64,000 bases of DNA, from positions 1,152,001 to 1,216,000 of the forward strand of contig CAVZVA010000010.1 of NCBI GenBank assembly GCA_963778655.1. The letters run 5' to 3'. The position numbers and the translations under genes were made by a program. Under the pieces are notes generated by a model. That model was not told where the DNA came from, did no database searches, and worked only from the letters and a program-made list of their open reading frames with translations. Each line of letters opens with the position of its first letter. The stretch's first letter is position 1. Origin of the DNA: an uncultured delta proteobacterium. Lineage in GTDB: Bacteria; Myxococcota_A; Polyangia; Polyangiales; JAFGIB01. Positions 1-9,089 of the stretch are shown here, piece after piece.

Positions 1-45
1 CGATCCGGTTGACCGGGCGGCGCGCGCGGCGGAACCTTGCGCCCC

Positions 46-510
46 ATGTCGGTGCTGTCGATCGTGCTGGCCGCGCTGTCGCTCTTGTGCATCCCGCTTG
101 GCGTGGTGCTGGCGCCGGTGCCGGTGGTCGGCGCGGTGTTCGCGTTCGGGGCGGCCGCGCTCGCGCTTGCTGGCATCATCACGGGGGGGCTGGCGATGTC
201 GCGCGGCAAGCGCGCGGGCCAGGCGACCGGTGTCGCGCAGGCGGGCGTGATCAGCTCGGCGCTGGCGTTCGTGCCCGCGCTGCTGACCGCGCTCACCTGC
301 GGCGTGTGCAACGCGCTGTTCGCGGGCGGCCACTTCGAGGCGAGCCGCGACTTCCATGTGAGCGTGCAGCAGGGGTTGATGCCCCCGGCCGCCGATGGCG
401 GCGCTCCGGGCGGGTCAGGCGGCGCCCGCGCGGCGCCCGACCAACCCGCCGCGCCGCGGCCTCCGGGCGCGCCGCCGCCTGCCTTTCCACCCCCGCCTCT
501 GAAGCCGTGA
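46..510 (+). CDS. Hypothetical membrane protein (about 3 TM, Pro-rich C-terminal tail)
   Basis: Hydrophobic N-terminal helices, GC3-rich codons; ATG at 46 within ORF 37..510. Confidence 0.65.
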   Translation: MSVLSIVLAALSLLCIPLGVVLAPVPVVGAVFAFGAAALALAGIITGGLAMSRGKRAGQATGVAQAGVISSALAFVPALLTALTCGVCNALFAGGHFEASRDFHVSVQQGLMPPAADGGAPGGSGGARAAPDQPAAPRPPGAPPPAFPPPPLKP

Positions 511-865
511 GCCCGCCAGCAGCCGAATTTCAAACCGTTAGCAAGCCGAAACGCGCGCGTAAGCTGGCGCGGCCAAGCTGAGCCCGAGGCTTGGAAAGGC
601 GCCGCCCGACTCGGTGTCTTCGCAGCGGCTCGTGCCCTCGCGCGGGCCGGGTAGCGGGCCGGCCCCCGAGCTGCTCTTGGCCGTGGCCGAGGTCGGCCGC
701 GAGCTGGCGGCGCCGGGCGAACTCGGCCCGCGTATCACCGAGGCCCTGCGCGTGCTCGAGGGTTCTGAGCGCTGCGCGGCAACCTACGGCCTCAACGGAG
801 AAGGAGAAGCCCCGTGAAGCCCGTTGGGGCGGCCGCAACTGGACCATGCGCAAGCCAACGCGCCC

Positions 866-1568
866 TCAGAACACGGCGCCCAGGCCGAGACCGCCCCAGG
901 GCAGGAAGCCGCCTGCGCCGAAGATCGGGGTGAAGCCGAGCTTGAAGTTGAATCCTCCATCATGGGGCACGTAGCGGTAACCGATGGTCGCGGTACCGGC
1001 GACGGCGAATCCCGAGGCGTGGGCTGCCGTGCCGCCGACGCCGGACGCGCCGGCCGAGGCGTTCACGAACAGCGGCCCGAGGCCAAGCTCGAGCTTGTGG
1101 TCGGCGGAGCCGATGCCCATGTAGTTCGCCGTCAAAGGGATGAACAGGATGCTCGCGTGGCCGCTCGAGCTGCCGCCGCTCGCGCTCAGCGAGATGTAGC
1201 CGAAGCCGACGCGGGCGTTGATGTTGTCGGTGAAGAAGCGTTCATAGTTGATGGAGTAGATGCCACCGTTGCCGGCCAGCTCGACGTATAAGACGTTGTT
1301 GGCCGTTCGGCGCAAGTTGGCGGGGGTCGTGGAGCCGCTCTCCTCCCCGAAGAAGCTCGGCGAGCCCGCGGGTGCAGCAGCAGGCTTCTGCGCGCCATCC
1401 CCAGCTGCGGGTGCTGCTTCGGGCGGCGGCGCGGGGGGGGCCGCATCGGCAGCGGTATCCGTAGCGGCCGGCGCCTCGCCTGCCTGTGCTGCGACGGATC
1501 CTGATGTGGACTGCGCATACCCCTGTGCTCAGGACGATCGTTCCGATGAGCCGATAACTCCACTTCAT
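866..1568 (-). pseudogene. Putative outer-membrane beta-barrel-like protein with an apparent +1 frameshift after the signal peptide
   Basis: AGGAGG then ATG at 1568 (MKWSYRLIGTIVLSTG); the mature part (QSTSGSVAAQ...ANNVLYVELAGNGG...GLGLGAVF) is in another frame with no start codon until TTG 1315; amphipathic strands and terminal Phe. Confidence 0.6.
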
Positions 1569-1882
1569 ATGCCCCTCCTGGCGTGCCGAATGGGCACGCG
1601 CGCGATTGCGTGAACGTGCTGAAAGGCCGGCGTGGCGTGGGATGTGTCGAGCCAAGCGCGATGCGTGTCGTCACGGCAGCGGTCGAAGACTCGACCTATC
1701 GCCGCGGTGCAGCCGACTGCACAGCAGAATATCATGGCCCTTTGTTGCTTCTCGCCTGGCCGCGTCGTGTGAGCCCAAAAACGAGGTCACATCGGAAGCG
1801 ATGTCCATGCACCGGCGCCGGTGTGGTAGCCTGGTAGATGGGTGTGGTCGCCATCGCGGCGATGCGGAGGACGGAGGAACGC

Positions 1883-2923
1883 ATGGGGACTCGGCAACGG
1901 GGCGGCGTTTGGCGCGGCGTTCGGTTCACCGGCAGTGTTGCGCTCGCCATTGGGCTGGTCGCGTGCTCCGCCAGTGGCAACGGGTCGCGCGGCATCGGAG
2001 GCGCGAGCGGCCAAGCGACGGGCGGAACGGGGATGCCCTCGGCGGGCAGCGCTGCGAACAGCAGCGGCGCGCGCGCCGGCAGCGGCGGCGGAGCCGCGGG
2101 CATGGGCTCGGGCATGCCGGCGCAGGACGCCGGCAGCTCCGGCGGAAGCGGGGGCGCGTCGAGCGTCTCCGGCTCGGGGGGCGCGGCCGCGATCGATGCC
2201 GGCAGCGCGGCCCCCGTCGCGTTTCGCATCACCGAGCTCAACCTGCGCGATCCGCACTTCTTTCTCGGCAGCTCGGATATTACCGACCAACCGTTTCTCG
2301 GCACGTCGGTCAACGGCAGCCTGATCCCTGGCGGCATCACCATGGACTACGACGGAGACGGGTTTCTCGACGTCTCCATCCTGCCTTTGATGCAACCGCT
2401 CGATCCGGCTGCGACCAGTGGCGGCCTGCACCTGATCGACGCCCACTGCAAGCTGAGCGATCCCACCCAGTGTGAGCCCGCGCCCAATCCCGGTCTCGAC
2501 GTGACCTTCACCATCGACAACGTCACCCACGGCAGCTGCCTAGAGCCGCTCGCGGGCACCACCTCGGGCTTCAGCCCCGCGGTGGAAGCGCCGGCCGCGC
2601 CCTGCTTCGTCACCACCAATCCCGCGGACGTGACGATCAACCTTGGCGGCATCTCGATCGCGATGACGGGCGCGCAAGTCGCCGCGAGCTACCAGGGCAG
2701 CCCGCCGAACCAGCTCGGCGGGCTGATCGCCGGCTTCGTCACCACCACCAAAGCGATGCAGGCCTTGCTCCCGGACTACCTCGGCCCCGGCTTGGCCGGC
2801 CTCCCGATCACCAACTTCCTGCGCGACCAGGACAAGGACCAGGCGCAGAGCCCCAACGGCGAGGACGGCTGGTGGCTGTACCTGAGCTTCGTGGCCAAGC
2901 CCGTGACCTACGCCGCTCCGTGA
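1883..2923 (+). CDS. Hypothetical lipoprotein (Gly/Ser linker plus Cys-containing globular domain)
   Basis: GGAGG RBS before ATG 1883; lipobox LVAC; low-complexity linker. Confidence 0.75.
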   Translation: MGTRQRGGVWRGVRFTGSVALAIGLVACSASGNGSRGIGGASGQATGGTGMPSAGSAANSSGARAGSGGGAAGMGSGMPAQDAGSSGGSGGASSVSGSGGAAAIDAGSAAPVAFRITELNLRDPHFFLGSSDITDQPFLGTSVNGSLIPGGITMDYDGDGFLDVSILPLMQPLDPAATSGGLHLIDAHCKLSDPTQCEPAPNPGLDVTFTIDNVTHGSCLEPLAGTTSGFSPAVEAPAAPCFVTTNPADVTINLGGISIAMTGAQVAASYQGSPPNQLGGLIAGFVTTTKAMQALLPDYLGPGLAGLPITNFLRDQDKDQAQSPNGEDGWWLYLSFVAKPVTYAAP

Positions 2924-3020
2924 TCGCGCCAGGCGCCCGCACGGCTGCGCGCCGCGTGTGCTCGCCCGAGGCCACGCCGCCGGCGGTTGCCTCGTCGCGC
3001 GAGGCTGACAAGATCCGGCC

Positions 3021-3797
3021 GTGCACCCCATCCTGACGGTCGTGCAGCTGGGCCCAAGGGCCTTGCCCATCGGCAGCTACGGCGCGCTCTTGTGCGTGGC
3101 GATCGCGGTGGTCGCCGCAGGCTCGCTGCGCGCCGCGCAGCGCGCGCGGCTGGACCTCGGCGCCTGTATCGCGGCGCTGGGTCTGGCGACCGCCGGCGGC
3201 TTCGCCGGCGGCTGGCTGCTGCACGCGCTGGTGCAGTGTGCGCGGCTCGGCTCGCTGCGCGCGGGATTCGCGCAGCCCGGGCTCGCGATTCCCGGCGCGC
3301 TGCTCGGCGGCGCGTTCTGCCTGCGCGCGGCGGGCCGCCGGCTCGGCCTGCCGGTGCTTGCGTTCGCCGCGCTGGCCGTGCCCTGGCTCGCGCTCGGCCA
3401 GGCGCTCGGCCGCATCGGCTGCTTGCTCGGCGGCTGCTGCTACGGCCGTCCCGGCGGCGGGCCGCTCGCGATCCATTACCGCGACCCGCTGGCGCCGGCC
3501 GCGGCCGCGGGCGCGATCGGGCGCCACCCCTGGCCGCTGTACGAAGCGGCTGCGCTGCTGCTGCTCGCGCTCTTGCTGCGGCTCGCGTTCACGCCGCGCG
3601 ATCCCCGCCGCGTGCTCGCCTATGCCGAGGGTTACGCCGCGCTGCGCTTCCTGCTCGAGCCGCTGCGCGGCGACGCGATCCGCGGCGTGTTCTTCGGCGG
3701 CACGCTCTCCAGCGCGCAGCTGATCGCGCTGGCCGCGCTGCTCGCCTGCGCGCTGGCCCACGCGCGGGTCGCGCGGATGGCGTTGGCCGCGCGTTGA
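3021..3797 (+). CDS. lgt: Prolipoprotein diacylglyceryl transferase family protein (divergent)
   Basis: SYG, GRIGCLLGGCCYG, HPWPLYE and RFLLEPLRGD motifs; polytopic membrane protein. Confidence 0.8.
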   Translation: MHPILTVVQLGPRALPIGSYGALLCVAIAVVAAGSLRAAQRARLDLGACIAALGLATAGGFAGGWLLHALVQCARLGSLRAGFAQPGLAIPGALLGGAFCLRAAGRRLGLPVLAFAALAVPWLALGQALGRIGCLLGGCCYGRPGGGPLAIHYRDPLAPAAAAGAIGRHPWPLYEAAALLLLALLLRLAFTPRDPRRVLAYAEGYAALRFLLEPLRGDAIRGVFFGGTLSSAQLIALAALLACALAHARVARMALAAR

Positions 3798-3884
3798 AGC
3801 CGCATGGGTTTGCGTCGCAGCGGCTCGTTCGGGGGCGAGTGCGACTGCGAGGACGAGGACGCGCTGCGCGCGGCAGGCGGCCGC

Positions 3885-4559
3885 TCAGCAGGCGCTGCCT
3901 TCGGGGCGCAGGCCGTGCAGCAGCTCTTCGACCGTGGCGTGCAGCACGCCATAGGTGAAGTTGCCGTAGAGCATGGCGCGCCCGCCGTCGAAGACATAGG
4001 TGGGCGAGCCCTGCAGCTTGAGCCTTTCGGTCTCGAGTTGGTCTTCCCACAACGCGGCCAGCGCGCTGCCGTCGTCGAGCTGGCGCTCGATGCCCGCGCG
4101 CGGCACGCCGAGCGCCTCGGCCAGCTCGAGCTGGGCGGCGCGGCGGGCCACGTTCACGTTGTCCACGAAGAACTTGTGCCGCAGCGCATGGTGGTAGCGA
4201 CCCCCCGTTCCGCTCGGGACCGTGCCCTCACGCTCCAGCGCGCACACCGCCTTGACCGCGGCGCCCGCGGCCCAGCTCGAAGCCGGACAATCGCCGCTCC
4301 AGCACGCGCCGCTGACCTCGGGATGACCGTGCTGCGCGGCGATCTCGGCGGTGGCGCGCACCCGGCCCTCGATGCCGGCGCCCGCCCACGGCCCGCGGGC
4401 GAAGCGCCACGGCACGCTGCCGAACACCGGGACCACCCGATAGTCGACCTCGAGTCGCTCGCCGACCTCGCGCAGCAGCTGCTGCAGCTTGTCGTTTGCG
4501 ACGAACGCCCAGATGCACAACGGGTCCGAAAAGTGACTGAACGCCAGCTTGCTCGACAT
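3885..4559 (-). CDS. DsbA/FrnE-like thioredoxin-fold protein
   Basis: FSDPLCIWA at the N-terminus; GSPTYVF cis-Pro loop. Confidence 0.8.
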   Translation of the reverse strand: MSSKLAFSHFSDPLCIWAFVANDKLQQLLREVGERLEVDYRVVPVFGSVPWRFARGPWAGAGIEGRVRATAEIAAQHGHPEVSGACWSGDCPASSWAAGAAVKAVCALEREGTVPSGTGGRYHHALRHKFFVDNVNVARRAAQLELAEALGVPRAGIERQLDDGSALAALWEDQLETERLKLQGSPTYVFDGGRAMLYGNFTYGVLHATVEELLHGLRPEGSAC

Positions 4560-4711
4560 CGGCCGCTCCTGTGAGAGCTCGGCGCTCCGCCGGCGCGATC
4601 GGTCACCTCGCGCAGCGCCCGACTCGACTGTGGCGCAGCTCGCGGCCCGCCGTCAAAGCCGTGCGGTGCCTCCTTTTGCGTTCGCGCCGCGCAGCGTGTA
4701 CACCGCGGTCG

Positions 4712-5626
4712 ATGCGCGCCGTGCCCAGAGCGTCCACAAGGCGCCGCGAACGGGTTTCGAGATCGGCTCTTCAGGTCTGTTCGGTCTTGGTGCCGTGCTT
4801 GCTGCTCGCGCTGGCGGCGGCCGCCGAGCGCGTGGAGAGGCCTGCGCTCGCGCCGGCCGCGGTCGCGCGCGTGAGCGGCGGCTGGCTCGAGATGGGCAGC
4901 GACGATGCCGACGTCGCGTTCGCCGCCGCACTGTGTGCGGCCGGCGCGTCCACCGAGGAAGCAGCGCTGTGCCGCCCCGAGCTGTTCGCCGACGAGCAGC
5001 CGCGCCACCGTGTCTACGTGAGCACGTTCCGCATCGATCGCACCGAGGTCAACCAGCGCGACTACCTGCGCTGCGTGCAGCACGGCGCCTGCTCGCCGGC
5101 GCGCGTCTCCGATCTCGACCCGCGTTTGGGCCAGCCCGACCAGCCAGTCGCGGGCGTCAGCTACGCCGAGGCGGCGCGCTACTGTCAGTGGCTGGGCGGC
5201 CGGCTCCCGACCGAAGCCGAATGGGAGCGCGCTGCGCGCGGCGACGGCACGCGCCGCTTCCCGTGGGGCCGCTTCTGGAACGACCGCGTCGCCAATCACG
5301 GGCTGTCCGGAGATCGGCCGAGCGAGCAGGACGGCTATGCCTTTGCGGCAGCGGTGAGCGCGTTCCCTGACGGAAAGAGCGCGTTCGGGCTGCTCAACAT
5401 GGCGGGCAACGTCTGGGAGCTGACCGCCGATCGCTACGCCCAGGACTACTACGCCAAGTCGGAGCCGATCGATCCACAGGGCCCGCGCGAAGGCGACGAG
5501 ATCGTGATCCGCGGCGGGTCGTGGCGTTCGCCGGCCTATACGCTGCGCGTTACCCAGCGCGGCACGATCAAGCTGGGCGAGACGCGGCCCGACGTTGGCT
5601 TCCGTTGTGCCTATAATGTTCCCTGA
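4712..5626 (+). CDS. Secreted FGE-sulfatase (SUMF1/CLec-fold) domain protein
   Basis: RLPTEAEWERAARG, MAGNVWE, RGGSW, VGFRCA motifs; signal peptide; start uncertain (ORF 4571..5626). Confidence 0.9.
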   Translation: MRAVPRASTRRRERVSRSALQVCSVLVPCLLLALAAAAERVERPALAPAAVARVSGGWLEMGSDDADVAFAAALCAAGASTEEAALCRPELFADEQPRHRVYVSTFRIDRTEVNQRDYLRCVQHGACSPARVSDLDPRLGQPDQPVAGVSYAEAARYCQWLGGRLPTEAEWERAARGDGTRRFPWGRFWNDRVANHGLSGDRPSEQDGYAFAAAVSAFPDGKSAFGLLNMAGNVWELTADRYAQDYYAKSEPIDPQGPREGDEIVIRGGSWRSPAYTLRVTQRGTIKLGETRPDVGFRCAYNVP

Positions 5627-5705
5627 CCGTGCGCCCACAAAAAACCGCTCGAATGCCGTGGAACACCCGCCCCGCTACGCTATGCTCCGCCCCCGACTCG
5701 AGCCC

Positions 5706-5978
5706 ATGTGTTCTCTCTTGCCGACCTCCCTTCGCTGCATCGTGCTTTCGCTCGCGCTGGTCTCGCTCGCGGGCTGCGCCAAGGGTGACGGCGGGCCCTG
5801 TCAGGTTGACGGCGACTGCCAGAGCGGGCTGACGTGCGTGCTCGGATCGAGCCCCCGCGGCTACTGCAGGACGCCCCGAGAAGCCGCCATGGTGGACGCG
5901 GGCCAGTCCAGCGACGAGGACGCAGGCGTAATCCCGATCTCGGAAGAGGACGCGGGCACGGTGCCGCCCGGCAGCTGA
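5706..5978 (+). CDS. Small Cys-rich lipoprotein with acidic DAG-repeat tail
   Basis: Lipobox LAGC; CxxxxxCxxxxxC...C module; EDAG repeats. Confidence 0.7.
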   Translation: MCSLLPTSLRCIVLSLALVSLAGCAKGDGGPCQVDGDCQSGLTCVLGSSPRGYCRTPREAAMVDAGQSSDEDAGVIPISEEDAGTVPPGS

Positions 5979-6037
5979 GGCCGCGCGCGGCCGCTGCTGG
6001 TTGACGCCGATCGGGCCTGGCCGTAGCCTCCGGCTCG

Positions 6038-7228
6038 ATGCGAGTCCTGGCAGCCGCGGTGCGGGCAATGCTGGTGCTGCCCGGCGATGCGCCCCACCGA
6101 GTCCCGGGTACCGCGCTCGCCGCCGCGTGCATCGCAGCATGCATGCTGACCGCGTGGCCAAGCCTCGCGCAGCCGAAGCCCGCGCCGGCGAGCACGGCCG
6201 CTCAGGTGCCCGCGACCACCCAGACTGCGGGTCAGGTGCCCGCCGCGCCCGTGGCGCCGCCTGCCGCGGCGGCGCCTGCCGCGCCTGCCGCGGCGGCACC
6301 GGCCACACCGGCGGCGCCGACTCCAGAACAGCTCGAGCAGGCGCGCGCCGCCTATGCGCGTGGGCAGCAGCTCTTCAGCCAGGGTGCGTTCGCCGAAGCC
6401 GAGAGCGCGTTCGCGGAAGCGTACGCCGCCGTGCCCAATCCGGTGGTCTTGCTCAGCAGCGCCGAGTGCCAGGTGCGGCTCGGCAAGCTGCAGGACGCCT
6501 ACGACACGCTGCAACGCTACCTGCAGCAGAGCCCCGGCGCGTCCGATCGCGCCGAGGTCGAGCGCAAAGCCGCCGACCTGGCCTCGGTCCCGGCCACCCT
6601 CGTGCTGAGCAGCGAGCCCAGCGGGGCCGCCATCAAGCTCGACGGGCAGGACACCGGCAAACACACGCCGGCCGAGCTCAGCGTGATGCGCGGCGAGCAC
6701 ACGCTCGAGCTGACGCTCTCTGGCCACCAGTCGCAGACCGTGACGGTGCAGGCACGGATCGGCGCCCGCCACGAGCTGCAGGCGGCGCTGACCGCGGCGC
6801 CCGCCAAGCCCGCGGTCGCGGCCGCGGGGCAGCAGCCGGCGGTGGCCAATCTGAAGGTCGAGCCGGAAGAGGCGGCGCACAGGCCCACCACCGCGCTGTG
6901 GATCACCAGCATCGTCGGTGCCGCCGGGCTCGTCACCGGCACAGTGCTCGGCTTCATGGTGTTGGCCGAACGCAGCGACTTCGACGCCAACCCGACCGAC
7001 GCCACGGCCAAGCGCGGCGAGCGTCTCGCCCTTTTCACCGACGTCTCCTTCGGCGTGGGGGCGATGGCGCTGGTCACTTCCGCGGTGCTCTACTTCACGG
7101 CGGATCAAGCCGCCGCGAGCGAGAAGCCGGGACAGGCGTCCTCCGCGCGGGCGCGCAGCCCGCGGCTCGCGCTGGTCCCGGCGGTCTCGAGCCACGCCGC
7201 GGGCCTGAGCGCGCTGGGGCGCTTCTGA
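6038..7228 (+). CDS. TPR plus PEGA domain exported protein
   Basis: Pro/Ala linker, TPR-like helices, PEGA motif SEPSGAAIKLDG..GKHTP, hydrophobic hairpin, C-terminal GLSALGRF. Confidence 0.85.
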   Translation: MRVLAAAVRAMLVLPGDAPHRVPGTALAAACIAACMLTAWPSLAQPKPAPASTAAQVPATTQTAGQVPAAPVAPPAAAAPAAPAAAAPATPAAPTPEQLEQARAAYARGQQLFSQGAFAEAESAFAEAYAAVPNPVVLLSSAECQVRLGKLQDAYDTLQRYLQQSPGASDRAEVERKAADLASVPATLVLSSEPSGAAIKLDGQDTGKHTPAELSVMRGEHTLELTLSGHQSQTVTVQARIGARHELQAALTAAPAKPAVAAAGQQPAVANLKVEPEEAAHRPTTALWITSIVGAAGLVTGTVLGFMVLAERSDFDANPTDATAKRGERLALFTDVSFGVGAMALVTSAVLYFTADQAAASEKPGQASSARARSPRLALVPAVSSHAAGLSALGRF

Positions 7229-7252
7229 GAATCCCGTTTGGACGCTGCCGTC

Positions 7253-7558
7253 ATGACGCCACGCCTGCTGCCACGAACCCAACGCCCGCACGCCCTGCCG
7301 ACCGGCCCGGCGTGCGCGCGCCCGCGACCGCCGCATGCCCGGCGGAGGTCCTGGCTGCGTTCGCTGGCGCTGGTGCTGGCCTGCTGCACGCTCGCGGGCT
7401 GCGAGCTGGTGGCCAACTTCGACCGCGGCCGGATCCCGGCGGCGCCGCCGGACGCCGCCGTGCACGATGCAGGCAACGGAGGCTCGAGCCAGCCCCCTGA
7501 CGCCGGCAGCCCGGGTGCCGGCAACGACGCCGGCAGCGACGAAGACGCGGGCCAATAG
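7253..7558 (+). CDS. Small lipoprotein with DAG-repeat tail
   Basis: Lipobox LAGC-ELVANFD; DAG repeats ending SDEDAGQ. Confidence 0.7.
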   Translation: MTPRLLPRTQRPHALPTGPACARPRPPHARRRSWLRSLALVLACCTLAGCELVANFDRGRIPAAPPDAAVHDAGNGGSSQPPDAGSPGAGNDAGSDEDAGQ

Positions 7559-7561
7559 AGC

Positions 7562-8860
7562 TCAGTTCTTGGAGGTCTTGGCCTTGCGTGCGCGCGCCTC
7601 GCGCGCCGCGCGATCCATGGTCTCGGTGCGCAGCCCGCGCACCAGCAGGATCTGGCTGGCCGCGCTCATTCCGTGGCCGAGATAGGGATCGGCGTTGGCC
7701 AGGCTGCGGACGAACCAGGTCGAGTTGCGCAGGTCGAAGCTCGCCCAGGCCGAGACCATGGTGACCTTGCGGCCGAGCGGCAGCGTCTCGAAATTCCAGC
7801 GCCCGCCTTGGAGCGCGCCCTGCACCGCGTCGACCGAGACCACGGGGTCGCCGTCGCGCAGCTCCATCCGCCCCGAAACCCCGATCAGCGGCAGGCTGAT
7901 GTCCCAGTCGAAGGTGGTGACCGGGCCTTGCCGCGACACCACCTTGGCCTCGCTGCCGGGCAGTAGCGTGGCCCCGAAGGAGTCCGCGTCCAGCATGACC
8001 TTGCGCACCGAGTCCTGCCCGCGGTGGATCAGGCCGAGCACCGCGATCTGGCTCATGCGCTCGCCGTTCATCTCGAGCAGCACCAGGTCGCCGCGCAGCA
8101 GCAGCGGCAGCACGGCCCGCTTGTCGACCACCGGCTCGTGCAGCGCCCGCGCTGGCTGGGCCGGCGCGCGATAGCCGGCGCGCCGCTCCGCCTCGTGGCG
8201 GAAGCTCAGCACCATGGCATAGGTCAGCGACATGTCCGCCGTACGGTTGACGCTGCGCGCGGCGCTGGCCAGCTGGCGCGCGATGTAGTTCGCCGTGCGC
8301 AGGTCCAGCCGCAGCGACACGCACAGCAGCGACTCGCTCGTCCCGTGCGGCAGCACGCGCAAGGTGATGCGGCCGGTGCCGAAATCGCCGGACTGGCTGT
8401 CGATCGTCGCGCGGAACCCGGCGTCGGCGCGGTCGGGCGGCGCCGGGTAGCTGGTCATCGCGTTGCGGCCCTGTAGCGAGAGCAGCGACATGCCCCAGCG
8501 CCAGTCGTACAGCACGCTGTTGTCCTTGCGCCGCACCACGTCCACGTGGTCGAGCGTGCGCATGAACGCCGGATACCCCTCGGGGTGCTCGATCAACCCG
8601 ATGACCACGGAAGCCGGTGCGTGCACCAGCGCCGCCAGATTGATCGCGGGCAGCTCGTCGGCGTCGTCGTTGGCGAACTCGACCAACGCAACCGGTCCGG
8701 CCTGCAGCTCCGGCTCCAGCCGCGCCAGGTCCGCCTTGCTCAACCCGCGCAGGCGCTCGGTGCGCGCGTCGTAGCTGGGCGCGGCGGTTGCAGGCGCCTG
8801 TGCGTGCAGGTGCGTGGTCCACAACAGACAGAGCGCGAGCGCGGGGGCGAGCTTCGGCAT
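7562..8860 (-). CDS. Secreted hypothetical protein, probable tandem SRPBCC/START-like domains
   Basis: Signal peptide; two similar units (YPAFM...YDWRW...SGDF and FGATL...FDWDI...QGAL). Confidence 0.6.
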   Translation of the reverse strand: MPKLAPALALCLLWTTHLHAQAPATAAPSYDARTERLRGLSKADLARLEPELQAGPVALVEFANDDADELPAINLAALVHAPASVVIGLIEHPEGYPAFMRTLDHVDVVRRKDNSVLYDWRWGMSLLSLQGRNAMTSYPAPPDRADAGFRATIDSQSGDFGTGRITLRVLPHGTSESLLCVSLRLDLRTANYIARQLASAARSVNRTADMSLTYAMVLSFRHEAERRAGYRAPAQPARALHEPVVDKRAVLPLLLRGDLVLLEMNGERMSQIAVLGLIHRGQDSVRKVMLDADSFGATLLPGSEAKVVSRQGPVTTFDWDISLPLIGVSGRMELRDGDPVVSVDAVQGALQGGRWNFETLPLGRKVTMVSAWASFDLRNSTWFVRSLANADPYLGHGMSAASQILLVRGLRTETMDRAAREARARKAKTSKN

Positions 8861-9089
8861 CTGGGCTTAGACGGGAGCGGGGCCAGGGAATTCAAGGCTA
8901 AATCGCGCTCGGGCGCAAACCGCGCCGGGGTGCGGCTGCGCAGCCGCCGCCAGCGTGCGAAAAGGCCCGCAAAAGTGGCCCGCGCCGGCTGCGGCGCGCG
9001 CGCCGGGCTTGACCGGCGCCGAAGCCAGGCCGTAGATGTGAAGGCGCGGCCCGCCGGGTGCGAGCCGCAGCCCGCAGGGCAGGAGGCGC

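Noticed and set aside
4712..5626. FGE/CLec-fold gene as a diversity-generating retroelement target
   Set aside because: No reverse transcriptase and no template-repeat copy of its 3' end seen in the window
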